Shown: positions 14,229 through 27,386 of the stretch, piece after piece
Position numbering within the stretch: the stretch's first letter is position 1
Layout: each line of letters starts with the position of its first letter
Origin: Octopus vulgaris
Taxonomy: Eukaryota
DNA length: 64,000 nucleotides
Direction of reading: 5' to 3'
Assembly: GCA_951406725.2 (NCBI GenBank)
Contig: OX597815.1
Span: forward strand, 182,652,001-182,716,000
Program-made: the position numbers and the translations under genes
Notes under the pieces: model-generated
The model's database searches: none
What the model saw: only the letters and a program-made list of their open reading frames with translations
Told to the model about the DNA's origin: nothing

Positions 14229-14772
14229 GAGTGAGAGAGCAGTGCATGCCATCAAAGTGACACTGGGGTAAAATATACGAAGCCCAGTATACCCATCAGG
14301 ACTACCCGTCTGATAAGGGTACACTAGGCACATGCATCACAACCATATGTGCGCGACATGGTGTTCTCATATCAAGATAAACAGCACATGACCTTGCAGG
14401 TGGGGCCCAGCTAGAATTTTCTTCAGGTGGAGTAGACCATCCCGCTCAAAAGATCCCTGAATAAGGTTTGTTTAAGGATGTTGAACGAAACACCCATGTT
14501 TCCAGAGGTGAATTATTCAAAATCCAAGAATCCCTCTCAACACATGTCTATGATGCTCCCCTACTACTTCTGCTCGTGATCAGAGATGCACATATCGTCA
14601 GCCAATAAGGGACATGCTCAACTTGATATGGTCAAACAACTGACAAGCAAATCTGTAGTATTGAGCAGAATATTTGCTGTAGCCCATCTTTTATACCAAG
14701 ACAAAACAATGTACATGATAACACTTTCAATCAGTTCTGATCAGAAGTCACGAGTGCCACTGCCTGGTACTG
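14229..14772 (-). mobile_element. Unclassified ~540-bp repeat inserted in (TAA)n
   Basis: Highly similar to 49451-49965, 46668-47049 and 50019-50104; (TTA)n on both sides. Confidence 0.8.
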
Positions 14773-15199
14773 TAGTATTATTATTATTGTTATTACTATT
14801 ATTATTATTGGTTGTTTTGTTTCTTTGTCAAAATTCTTTTGTCACACAACCTGTCAACTCTTCAACAACTCCTTATGCCACGTGTTTCCTCATGGTTTGT
14901 TTAGTCGAGTCTGTCTTTCTGTGGTATGTATCTTTATCTGCGCATGCGTTTGCGTTTCTATCTCTCTGTGTGTGCGTATATAAGAGTTTGCTTCCTACAC
15001 GATTTTTACCCATGTTTTTGTTTAGTTATTTTATTTATTCGCTTATTAACATACATATTTATTTACTTATTTATTTTTCTCGTTCTGTCCTTAGTATGTG
15101 TATGTGTGTCATGTGTGTGTCTGTATGTGTATTATACTGGTTGTATTTGTCTTCTTTTCTTTCTGATTGATTTTAGTCGTCAGATTGCATAATGTGATG

Positions 15200-15470
15200 G
15201 GGTGGAGGCGTGTTATCATTCCAATCATGATTTCTGCTGAGGCTTTGTTTGTTTATTACTATGTCTGTGGTCTCTGTAATCTGTCTAAGAGTCGTGTCTG
15301 TTCTATTTGTTGATAATATCTTAACATCTGTTTTAACTGAGCCTGCATAGTCTTATGGAGCATGTTGATAGAGCACTGAGGAGCGTTTCTCCTCCTTAAG
15401 TCCCGCCACTTTCCACCTCTCCACTGACCTATGCTACGTGCTGTCTCCACAAGATATCTCATTGTCTTGT
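15200..15470 (-). mobile_element. Penelope-like GIY-YIG endonuclease C-terminal relic
   Basis: YLVETARSIG (cf. YIGETARS), then in a second frame SSVLYQHA..VKILSTNRTDTTLRQITET..NHDW. Confidence 0.6.
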
Positions 15471-16129
15471 TTCTATATCGTCCCTCAGTACACCGTATAC
15501 TACAGACTACACACACACAGATACTATAGACGGAATAACAAAGAAAAATAGATAAATAAACGAACACAAAAACTCACTAATTATAAGACACGGGTACAAT
15601 CAGTGTAGTAAGCAAATTCATACACACGCACACACAGACACACACACCTGTGCACACACGCACACAAATACAAACGCAAACGCATGCGCACAAAAACATA
15701 AGTAAAAGTTTTGTTATGATTCTTCATGGAATTGACTTGACGTATGTTGTTGCGCAATAAACAGGACTTATCCCTCTTGCGGCTGTTTTTCAAGGCACAG
15801 CGTTCAGAACCCCCAGTGTTAGTTTTCTTGGAGTCAGAACATTTTACAACAGACGGCCGCAAATTTTAAAAAGACCTGAAAGTGTATATACTCAAATAAT
15901 ATTCTGAATCTTCTACACTCTGAGTACTCAAAATGCATGAGGACAAATATGTTTGCGAGTTATCAACATCACGCCGACAAGAAATGACTAAAATGACAGG
16001 GTAATTTTAACATATTTACACAAAACTGTTTGACTAAATATTCTATTTTTTCTTCTTTTTCTTTTTTCTTTATTTTTCCTTTTGCAAGTTGTAAAATTGA
16101 TAATTCCCATCAAAGTGGGAAGACAGATT

Positions 16130-16690
16130 TTTTGCGTTCTTATGATTTTGAATTTCTATGTGTCACTTTTAATTTTGTATGTCTTTTAACCACTCCAAAT
16201 ATTTTTTCAAAAGTGTTCAATTTCTTCCATTCTTCAACGGTTATTTTCTTGTTCCCTATTTCTCTGTAGAATTTTTTCGTTTTGGATGTGACAGCTTATT
16301 TTACATGTAAAACTTCTTTCATTTCTCAAATCTTATTCTTTGAGCTTTTGCTTGGACGTTTTGTTGTAATGTTTCTTTTGCTGAAAGTAGTTCTCTTGGT
16401 GAGAATCTATATTTTCTTTTCATATTTCTTCCACTTCTGGATCTTACACTGTTCCAACAAAGTAGTTTATTTGATATTAACGCTTCACCTCTCATTATTT
16501 CAATTTTACTTCCCTGGTTTGGAATTCTTCCTATGTTTGTATTTCCTTGTTTTTTTTTTTTGTTTGTTTGTTTTTTCGGAGGCATACGACTGGTTTTAAT
16601 CGTCTTAGCAGATGCGTAAGTGACTTCATTTAACTCGGTGACATCAGTTCAGCGATAACATCAGGATAGAATTTAGCCAAACGAAGAAGT
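16130..16690 (-). mobile_element. R4/Dong LINE fragment (pre-RT region)
   Basis: ETLQQNVQAKAQRIRFEK, KFYREIGNKKI-like and ..KNIWS motifs. Confidence 0.65.
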
Positions 16691-16773
16691 AAACCATATC
16701 ACAGATTATCATGAAATAGAATTGTTCTCGGAATCGAGAAATGGTCCACATGTGTGTGTGTGTGTGTGTGTGC

Positions 16774-16877
16774 GGGAATTGTATTAGGTTGCTGCAAATC
16801 ATCGTTGTAAAGTCTTATCAGCAGTTCATGAATCTCTGGGAAAGCATTCAACCAGAAGTTAGGAATTTTATCCTTTC
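16774..16877 (-). repeat. 104-bp inverted duplicate of 17546-17649 (Dong RT N-terminus)
   Basis: Both encode DKIPNFWLNAFPE.HELL.RLY..DLQQPNTIP; about 5 mismatches by eye. Confidence 0.9.
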
Positions 16878-16989
16878 CAAAAATTTGCAACTCTAGCCAA
16901 AACCTGAAAGTAATTGGTAAAGTCTGCCTTGCAATTAAAACTATAATTTCAGCTAATGATGTTGATATTACAAATATCAGTCACATGTA

Positions 16990-17650
16990 TTATGCATCCG
17001 TTAAAATCTGAACAGTTTATGTTGTGAAAAGATTAGGAAACGACAACATTTCCACAAAAAACCTTTTTGACAAAAGTATATCCAACAACAAATTCAGTTA
17101 CTTAATTCTGACATAGAATGTTTAAAAAACTTTAAGTTTGACAAGAATATCAAACTGACAAAAATCCGAAAATTAAAGAAAAAGTATAATATAAAATCCA
17201 TACTTGACATCGATACCACCACAGAAACTATCAAGCAAAAGCTATCAGCTAAAGCCGCCTGCATAGCACGGTATGAAAAGCACGCTAGGTTCTTCAAGGA
17301 CAATAACATGTTCAAAAATAACCCAAGCAGTTTTTACAGGAAGATCAGTAAAATATCAGTAAGCCTGTCCCATGAAAAGAAGAAGCGCAGGAATTTTAGA
17401 AGAAAATTGGGGCAGAAGAAAAACAGCAAAATAAAAAGGCCCTTTAGATTGATAGAATATCTACTGACTCAGCCTCCCTAGAAGAGAAAAAGTGGGAGGG
17501 TATCAACGTAAAGGATGTATGATCTACTCTCAGGATATCAAGCAAGAAAGGATAAAATTCCTAACTTCTGGTTGAATGCTTTCCCAGAGAGTCATGAACT
17601 GCTGACAAGACTTTACGACAATGATTTGCAGCAACCTAATACGATTCCCT
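16990..17650 (+). mobile_element. R4/Dong LINE fragment (pre-RT to RT start)
   Basis: ETIKQKLSAKAACIARYEKHARFFKDNNMFKNNP..FYRKI, DKIPNFWL (PG.D.I.NFW.K motif). Confidence 0.75.
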
Positions 17651-18358
17651 TTTGGAATCTATAAAATTGCGTTTGTTCTAAAACATTTCCTGAATATTTG
17701 AAACACTCCAAATGCCTACCACAAAGGATGAAGTCAAGAAAAATACTGCTGCTTTATTTTCATTTCATCCATATGAATATATAAACATTATTCTACAACA
17801 GATATCCAGTTATAAGCTGATGTATAGCTTATTTATAGAGACAGAACAAATATTGTTTCCAGCGCAGAATTAGATAACAACATGTGTAAACTGGAATTAT
17901 CAAACTGAGTTTGACAGTAAATATCCCGTTCGTTGTGAAATGAAAGTTCAGTCCCCGCAACGTGACACCGATGTACTATAAATAAGGTTGTATTGTCATT
18001 TTATTCATTCCTCTATTGTAGTTAAAGGAATTTAATCCTTATTTTACTTTTGACGCCATATTATATTGATTTCATGAACACAATTCACAATATCTCTATC
18101 TACTTAACTGTGATTAAGTATTATGGGAAGACACATCTCATATTTGCAATTAACAGAAGTGCTGTAATTAAAGCTGTTTGTTTTCGATATTCACATAAAA
18201 CTTTTAAATTCAGCTCACAGATTTATACAGCTTAATATTACTACGTAATATTTAGTTCTAATTGATATATTTATCACTGTCTAACGTTGTCACTTATTGG
18301 TCGGTTTACTTAAATTTATTGATAATAATAATAAAAATATATCTAAAAGAAGAAATGC

Positions 18359-18402
<44 letters not shown>

Positions 18403-18861
18403 AGTTTCGACGCGTCTGCATTTAAAATTTTATTCTTGTTTGTAGAATAATTCTATATTGGAATATTGATCAGGTCATTCTGAGTGGAATCAAAGCAATC
18501 AGGATATTTTAAGTCGACCTAATGTCTCTAAAATAAAACAGTGACTTCCAAAATAATTAAATTAACAGTAATTCTTAAGCTCAGATGCCATGACCGGAAT
18601 CACAAGTGTTCATTTACTTAAAGAATGGCGTTAGAGCATGCGTTTGCTTAAAAATGAAGTGATTTTATAATGAGGTCTTAACTGATATATTAATACAACA
18701 AAGTAGCTTATAGTTCGTGCATTCAGTTTTACAGTAATGAAAATTCTTTGAAGTTGAGGTGTCTCCTAAAGACGAAAACCTACATATCCTTGCATTTAGA
18801 AAGCATTTTATCCAAATTGCCTATTATCTTAATTAAAATTGAATGTGTTGCATGTATGTAA

Positions 18862-18911
<50 letters not shown>

Positions 18912-19005
18912 GTGTGTGTGTGTGCGTGTGTGTGTGTGCGTGTGTGTGTGTGTATATATATATGTATGTATGCATTATGTATGTGAGTGTGTGTGTGTAT
19001 GTGTA

Positions 19006-19044
<39 letters not shown>

Positions 19045-19481
19045 CAAATTAAGAAGACAAAGAAAGAGTTTATCACATCTTAAATGACCGGTTATACAAT
19101 TGCTTCTGTTCCAACACTGTTTTTAATGCCAATTCATGCAAAAGTTCAATTAACTTTTCTGAAGAAAACACAACGCTTGACAGCCAAAGTCCAACAAGGA
19201 GATCTTTTTTTTTTATCTTGTGGCAATTTCTGCATTATATGTTTTCCGTTGTTGAGTGTATATGGGATGGACATGAGAGATATAATTTTAGAATCTATAT
19301 TTCATTAAACGGTGCTTTGTGCGCCTGTAATATATATATATTCTTATATACACACGCTGACATAGAACCAACTTTGAACCCTTTATTCGCAATATTACCG
19401 AATCTGGAACTTATCTATGGTCTGTCTATAGCACTTACTCAGCATTACCTGACACCTTTGGGTCTCAGTGACACCATCATA

Positions 19482-19538
<57 letters not shown>

Positions 19539-19849
19539 CAGAGTTATAAGGATTTAAAAATTTTTTACTACCAGTGGCCTAGTGTATAGAAAAATTAGTC
19601 AATAGACTATATATTATTCATATAAAATACAGTGTACATTTAAACACATTAAGATGTATCTATCATAGGACTTTCTTACGCTTGAAGGAACAGCTAAAGT
19701 TCAAACCACTAATTACGGATAAAATCTCGAAGAGAATGAAAAATAATAACATTTAGCAAATAAAATAATTTGCTAGGCGAAGTCTTCGTCAACAAGCACG
19801 CCAAGATTAAACATATAGAAATATGTACTTATATGTCGTATGATTGCTG

Positions 19850-20130
19850 TTTCGATTCCCAGACCGGGCGTTGTGAATGTTTATTGAACAAAGCACCTAA
19901 AAGCTCTACGAGCTCCGGCAGGGTAAGGTGGCGAACCCTGCTGTACTTTTTTTTTACCACAACTTCCTCTCACACATCCTGTTTCTGTCACGCTGAATCT
20001 CCCCGAGAACTACGTTAAGGGTATACGTATCTGTGAAGTGCTCAGCCACTTGCACTTTAATTTCATGAGCAGGCTGTTCCATTGAACGGATCAGCTGGTA
20101 CCCTAGTCGTCGTAACCGACTGAGCACCGT
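19850..20130 (+). mobile_element. SINE family B, 5'-truncated
   Basis: Homology to the 53877 copy. Confidence 0.8.
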
Positions 20131-20166
20131 TGTAGTATATATGTATATACACATTTGTACGTATAA

Positions 20167-20197
<31 letters not shown>

Positions 20198-20760
20198 CAT
20201 CTGCTCACTCATGTCCTATATTTAAGAAAGGACGTTTCGATATTTGTGCATGGGACCGTTTTTCGTCCCATAATGAAAACACTTAAACAAGTATACTGAA
20301 TTATAACGTTAAACTTGAAACTCACTCCCTGATAAAGAAGAGATGTGTTGGTTTCTTGCTTTTCATTATAAAGATCAAGAAAATGTATTTCACGTAGTCT
20401 GAATGTAAAAATATTCAACACATCACATGTCCGAGCTTTACTATTCTATAGAATTTGTAATTCAATATATTTTTTTTTATAGGTATGTCATACACACACA
20501 CATGCACACATACAGTAGCAAGTGCATTTCTAATCGCCCCACCCTTCCTTGTTCTATATATTCTGTCCATTGCATTTGCTGATATTTACATGGATATACA
20601 TTTTGATGTAGGTTTTGAGAGGATTTTCTTATCTGCCAACCTATCTACCTAAATACATATGTTCTGTCTCTGTCTCATTCTAGACACTCCATATATGCAC
20701 ACACACGCACACACAAACGCATAGCTAGATAGACAGACAGACAGACAGGCAGATAGATAA

Positions 20761-21322
20761 GTTTCTTTATTGGCCACACAGGGCTGCACACAGATGGGAC
20801 AAGTTACAAGGTAGAGCTTTTCTTTTGGGGGAGGAAAAAACAAAAAACAAAAAACAAAAGAAACAAAAAAAGGTGGCGTAGGTTTTCGATCAAAAGGGAT
20901 CGTAAAAGGTAAAAAAAGAAAAAAAAAGAAGAAAAGGAAAAGGAACAAAAGAAAAGGGAAATGAAAAAAAGAAGAAAAAAGGGAAAAAAAAGGGAAGAGG
21001 AAAAAAATTATCAATAGGGATCGTGTATCACAGTGTTATGATGTATGGTGTAAAGGGAAAGCAAGTAAGGGTTATCCGTGGGAAGAAAAGCCTACGAAAA
21101 AGGCCACGGTAACCTTGGTCAATTTTGTTATATGTTACCACATTTGTTTGCAAGTGGGTAACCCTCTGCTTTCAATTTCTGGGTTCATAGGATTATGCTC
21201 AATGTGGCTTCGTCATTCATACGTGCCATCCTTGCTACATTCACCCATCTTTTTTTTAAACATTCGCTAGACAAAACTTGCCTCTCTACTCTCACTTTCC
21301 TTTTCAAGTGGTACTTGAAGAA
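20761..21322 (-). mobile_element. LINE 3' fragment (possibly Tx1/L1-like) inserted in (GATA)n
   Basis: ORF end [42 protein letters not shown]-rich 3' UTR, AATAAA, (TAGA)n on both flanks. Confidence 0.5.
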
Positions 21323-21475
21323 ATAGATAGATAGATAGATAGATAGATAAATAGATAGATTTCGTAAACGTCATGTACGTAGTGCCCAGCACGTGAACCA
21401 CTATGTAGTTTTTGCCCATTAGAATTTGTATATATATATATATATATATATACATATATATATAAATATATATAC

Positions 21476-21536
<61 letters not shown>

Positions 21537-21616
21537 TATGCATATATATACATATATATATATAAATATACATATATATACATATATATACATATATATA
21601 CATACATATATATATA

Positions 21617-21946
21617 AGACCCCCTTCGGTCAGTGACCATGGGTTTGCACCTAGAGAGTTACCTTCTGAGGCACAAGTCTGGGCAAGTTTGTTTTATGGA
21701 AGACCAGTAGTCGCCCATGCATACCGGCCTCCCCTCTCCACGCCACTAGTGTTATCCAAGGGAAAGACAAAGGTCGATACAGCTTGGCACCTGTGACGTC
21801 GCAACTCATTTCTACAGCTGAGTGAACTGGAGCAACGTGAAATAAAGTGTCTTGCTCAAGAACACAGCACGCAGCCCGGTCCGGGATTCGAGCTCACAAC
21901 CTCACGATCGTAAGCTCGACGCTCTAACCACTAAGCCATGCGCCTT
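21617..21946 (-). mobile_element. tRNA(Arg)-like CORE-type SINE, family D (OR2-like)
   Basis: GGCGCATGGCTTAGTGGTTAGAGCG..TTACGAT..CTCGAATCCC; CORE-like TTCTTGAGCAAGACACTTTATTTCAC; inserted in (TA)n. Confidence 0.8.
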
Positions 21947-21951
21947 CACAT

Positions 21952-21992
<41 letters not shown>

Positions 21993-23112
21993 ACATATAT
22001 ATATATATACATATATATGTATATATATATATATATATACACACACATAGAGGATGTCTGTGTTGAATTATACATGTGTGTGTTCGTATCTGTGTGCATT
22101 GTCATGTCCATCAGTCATTAGTTCTGAAAGCTGGTATCTTAAAATCTGTTGCACATTACTTGCGTTTGGTGCATAGAAACGTCTTAAATACAAAGACGTG
22201 TACAGTTGCACATGCGAAGATATGTAACTGTCACTTGTTATGCTTTGTTCAAACTTAAGTTGTAAACTCTTAAAAGTGTGACGTCAAGGAAAGTATTATA
22301 AAATATACTTTATCATATGACATATTTGACATTTCCTGTATCACTTCTGTACATACGCTTTTTAACCTGATCTCAAATATCGATTTATTTAACGGGCACA
22401 TAATTACAGGTTGAGGTAGATGTCATTTTTCTGACGTCTATGCACTTATTCAAAATACGGCAAACTTGTAGTTTACTGGGTTGAATGTTAAACGCAAGTG
22501 CAACATATTGTATTTGCAACACTCATGACATTTATACGATCACACGCAGTTCTTTAATCTGGATCATATTACGCTTTCGAAATATTAGCAGGTTAATGCA
22601 GGGCAAATTATCTTCGTGATTAAACTTCTAGTCTATATTTTCTTGGAAATGTGTCGAATTAATAGAATTGCTAATGTTTAAGAACTTTTAAGTATGCATC
22701 ATTACGTGGATGGCAGATTAGCAGAATCGGTTGAATGATAACCAAAATGTCTTAGTGTATTCTTGGTGTATTTGGTTATATCTTAAGATCAAATCCCACT
22801 TGTCTTTCATCCATCTCAGGACAATGACATAGGTAACAGTGGAATACGGACGTTGTCATAACACTCCATGAACTACCTTACATCTCTGCTATTAGGATAA
22901 TTTTGGAAAACAATGAGTGCCGTTACGCGTTTAATGCTAACAAAGATAGCTTTAAAATACCTTGCATATTCATTGTGTAAAATTGTAGTTTTAACTATTC
23001 GAAACAGATTGTCAACTAATTATTCTCAGTTGGTGGAGTATAGAAAGAATGAATAAGTAAAGTTACAATAGTATCGTATCAGAGAGTAGAGATGAGTGTG
23101 CATTTCATACAG

Positions 23113-23223
23113 ATGAAAGGCAAAGTCGACCTCGGCGGAATTTGAACTCATAACGTAACGGCAGACGAAATATCGCTAAACATTTCACCTGGCGTGCTAA
23201 CGATTCTGCCAGCTCGCCGCCTT
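23113..23223 (-). mobile_element. SINE family A, 5' half
   Basis: Reverse complement of 2114 head. Confidence 0.85.
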
Positions 23224-24464
23224 ATTCCATTCTGTATCTCAATTAAGCTTAGCAGTGAATTACCAGATATTCGTGGCTAAAGTATTTTGGGATACGAGTT
23301 TTTAATAAGAACTTTAATGATTGTGAGTCTAACATTTATAGCAGTGTTTACTGTTTTGATCGAGTGCTGGCCAAGGCTAGAGACGCTGAGACATGAACTC
23401 TCACATTGTGTTAAGTTTATATAACCGTTATGTTTAACGATTTCTAATCTGAACAGCGTTAACCAATCAAAGCGTTCGTGGACCCATTTAACATTCTATC
23501 CATAAACACCATTTCTTTAGTAAGGTACTGTAAGCATAAAATTGAAAAACAATTCTTACATGTTATACTGATTTCGGGTTAATTAAGAAACCTTACATAT
23601 AACATTTGGTTATTTCATTTATATTTACAGCTTTATTATTAATTAAACCCAAAATATCTAAATTTAAAAAATAATTCATTTCGATACATTTTTTTCGTCT
23701 TTCTTCAAATTGTAATATTCAAATAAAATTTTATTGCCTAAGCGAAATTAGTAATTAATAATTTCCAGATGTCCTTGAGCGGAGATTAATAATTAAACTT
23801 AAATGCTATGGTTTATGAACATTAAAGGATATCCTTATGATCATTTAATGGTACGCATTTAAGCAATCATTCTTATTTGAATTTTTAATATAACTCCTTT
23901 TCATCTTACAATTAAAGACGAGATATGAGAATTAGCTAAATTGATACGAATAACAGATAATCTTACTAGAGAGAGAATATTCTACTAAGAATAAAATGTA
24001 AAAATATATTTACGATGTTAAATATCAAATTTCACTTTCGTTTTGTACTATTCTTGCAATGTAACAGATTTGTTAGCATTACATTTACATAAATACTTCT
24101 GAGCATGTCATTTCCATAGCATGTATCTCGGTACAACACCCAAAAAAATAGACATTGCGAACGCGTAGGAAACAAGTTACACGAATCCATACATACATAT
24201 CACGTGCGTTAACAGATTCGAATGCAAAAATATAGTTCGTAAAACATTATGTTATGAAATAAAACAAATAAAGCTAAAGATTTAAACATCTACAAATGAA
24301 AGGTTAATTTCATACATATTCAATAAAATATCGTTGAAATTCAGTATTAAATATTTAAAAGTACGCTTATTCCTTGGAATGCGTTAACTTAATCTCAAGA
24401 AATATTTTATGCATAAAAATATTCTATAGGAATAATTTGATTTTCCTGGTTTAAAATTTTTGGC

Positions 24465-24811
24465 ATAAGGCACGCAAGTTCGGAGGAGGGGTTACATCCA
24501 TTAAATCGATCCCAGTGCTCAACTGGAACATATTTTATAGACCCCGAAAGCATGAAAGGTAAAGTCCACATCGGCGGAATTTGATCTCACTAAAGTTCAA
24601 TATATCTCTTATTATAATTAATAAACTGGAAATATAAAATATAAAAATAATGGTTTCAAATGTTGCCACAAGGGCAGCAATTTTGGGAGAAGGAGATTTG
24701 TCGATTGCATCGAAGTCAGTATTCAACTGGTACATATTTTACCAGTTGAAAGAATGAAATACCGCTAAGCATTTCGTCCAATGCCCATAAGATTCTGCCA
24801 GCACGCCGCCT
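24465..24811 (-). mobile_element. Two degenerate SINE family A fragments
   Basis: Partial matches to head and central domain. Confidence 0.7.
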
Positions 24812-24884
24812 TGTAAAATATAGAAATAATACAATTTCTATAAACTGCTTCTTTGAGATTAAATTATTTAAATCTCTAACGTGA

Positions 24885-25281
24885 AGATTCCCAAACTTTG
24901 GCATTCAAAGTTACCCCAACCGCAGAACGGGGCGCCACTGCATGGTGCCAAAGATTCCAACATCACCATCAAAATACAGGACCAGATACTGCAACAGCTT
25001 GTGTTTCAGAGGACCACAGCTCTTTAACATCCTCCCTAAATGCCTGAGAGACTTGCATGGTGTGGATGTGGGTTTCTTTAAAACTAAACTGGATCTCTTC
25101 TTGTCGGGGGTCCCAGATGAACCTACCTCACGACAGATGCGGGCAGCGGCATCGAACTCCCTTGTTGACCAAGTGCCACGTATCAGAGGTGGATTCACAT
25201 ATTAGTGTAGCTCATTCAGCGGTGGTGCCCCAGCATGGCCGCAGCCTTCGGGCTAAAACATTTTAAAGGATTTAAGGATTT
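24885..25281 (+). mobile_element. CR1-clade LINE 3' end (5'-truncated, little decayed)
   Basis: Open frame PNFGIQSYPNRRTGRHCMVPKIP..GPQLFNILPKCLRDL..FFKTKLDLFLSGVPDEP..AASNSL; short 3' UTR ending (AAGGATTT)2. Confidence 0.85.
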
Positions 25282-25437
25282 ATATATATATATATGCATA
25301 CATATGTGTATGTATCTATTTATATATGTATCTATGTGTGTATCTATCTACGTATGCAGGTATATATTGTAATAATATGCATGTCGCATATATTCTCTTT
25401 ACATAGTTAATGTACCACACAATATTTACCCATACAA

Positions 25438-26120
25438 AGGCGGTGAGCTGGCAGAAACGTTAACACACTGGGTGAAATGCTTAGCAGTATTTTGTCTGTC
25501 TCTACGTTCTGAGTTCAAATTCTGCCGATGTCGACTTTGCCTTTCATTCTTTAAGGCGGCGAGCTGCCGGAAACGTTAGCACGCCGGGCGAAATGCGTAG
25601 ACGTAGTTCATCTGCCGTTACCTTCTGAGTTCAAATTCCGCTGAGGTCGACTTTGCCTGTCATTCTTTCGGAGTCGATAAATTAAGTACCAGTTACGCAC
25701 TGGGGTAGATATAATCGACTTACTCCGTTTGTCCTCTCTGTGTTTAGCCCCTTGTGGGTAGTAAAGAAATAGGTATTTCGTCTGCCGCTACGTTCTAAGT
25801 TCAAATTCCGCCGAGGTCGACTTTGCCTTTCATCCTTTCGGGGTCGATTGAATAAGTACCAGTTACGTACTGGGGTAGATGTAATCGACTTAATCCGTTT
25901 GTCTGCCCTTATTTGTACTCTCTGTATTTAGCCTCTTGTGGGTAGTAAAGAAATAGGTATTTCGTCTATCTTTATGTTCTGAGTTCAAATTCCAATGAGG
26001 TCAACTATGTTTTTCATCCTGCCGGGGTCGATAAATTAAGTACCACTTGCGTACTAGGGTCAATATAATCGACTGGCCCCCTCCCAAAAGTTTCCGGCCT
26101 TGTGCCTAGAGCAGAAAAGA
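25438..26120 (+). mobile_element. Multimeric SINE family A array
   Basis: Two heads followed by tandem ~185-bp body units (GTATTTCGTC..GTAAAGAAATAG). Confidence 0.85.
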
Positions 26121-26209
26121 ATATCTACCCATACAAATAATTTATTTCTCTGTGAGTTTTCATAAACTTTCTTTGGAAACTAAACCTGACTTGCGTTGAT
26201 TCTTAGTAA

Positions 26210-26305
<96 letters not shown>

Positions 26306-26764
26306 GTGTATATATATATATATCTGTGTATGTATATATATTGCCTGTTATATACATTATATTATTATCCTTATAATTTACTTCCATCTTTACTTTTTAA
26401 TTGTTACTTTAATTTTAACTTTCCTATGATATACAATTTTCAAGATGGTGTAATTTGGTTGTTCATTTTGAACCGATAAAAGGTTTTTTTTCAAATATTT
26501 TATGTATAAGTCTGTGTATATATATGTAGTGGTATAAATATCAACACACAAAATTTTTTTTTCTTCTCCATTTCCTCCCTTATTTTTATTTTTATTTTAT
26601 TTTTATTTTTATTTTTATTTTTATTTTCCCTTTTCTCTGTTTGTCTCTCTCCCCTTCTCCAAACACACAGAGACACACACACACACACACAAACACACAC
26701 GGACACACAGAAACACACACGCACACACCTCCACAAAACGATCATACAAAGTAGAAGAGTTCTT

Positions 26765-26965
26765 AGACCCCAAATGGCATTTGACCATCCTCAAAATCAT
26801 AAAAGGTGTAATTTATGGCCTGCTTACCCACCAACACACACTCAGTGACACCGAAATGGACAAAAAGCTAAATTTCTTAGAACTCCCTTGGGGGTCCAGC
26901 AGGCCAAAGGAAATCCTTCTTCTTCCCTCTCCCTTCCCCTCTTTCTCTTTAGCCTCAGATACAAA

Positions 26966-27019
<54 letters not shown>

Positions 27020-27150
27020 TACACACATGTTCTCTCTATCACTTCCTCCTCATCCATTTCACCCTCTTGTACTGTCCTGTTCCTCCCCACAACTACGAAA
27101 CTCTATAAAATGATTAAATTCCCCACAAAGGAATTAATTTGATTTGAAAA
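26765..27150. promoter_or_regulatory. Possible enhancer-like unique island with homeodomain motifs
   Basis: ATCATAAAA, TAATTTATGGCC, ATGATTAAAT and AATTAATTTGAT clustered in non-repeat sequence. Confidence 0.25.
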
Positions 27151-27301
27151 CCCCACTAGAATGGGAGAAAGCGCTAATAATCTGAATGATATGATCTGAA
27201 TGATATGATATATATATGTAAAAAATGTAATATATAAATAAATATCTATAAATATGAACCATCCGATCTTCTGATTACCTCATTTCTTCTAATATATATA
27301 C

Positions 27302-27369
<68 letters not shown>

Positions 27370-27386
<17 letters not shown>

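Noticed and set aside
14586-15170. 194-aa ORF, the longest in the track
   Set aside because: Runs through the antisense of a repeat, a (TTA)n tract and low-complexity DNA; no domain recognised
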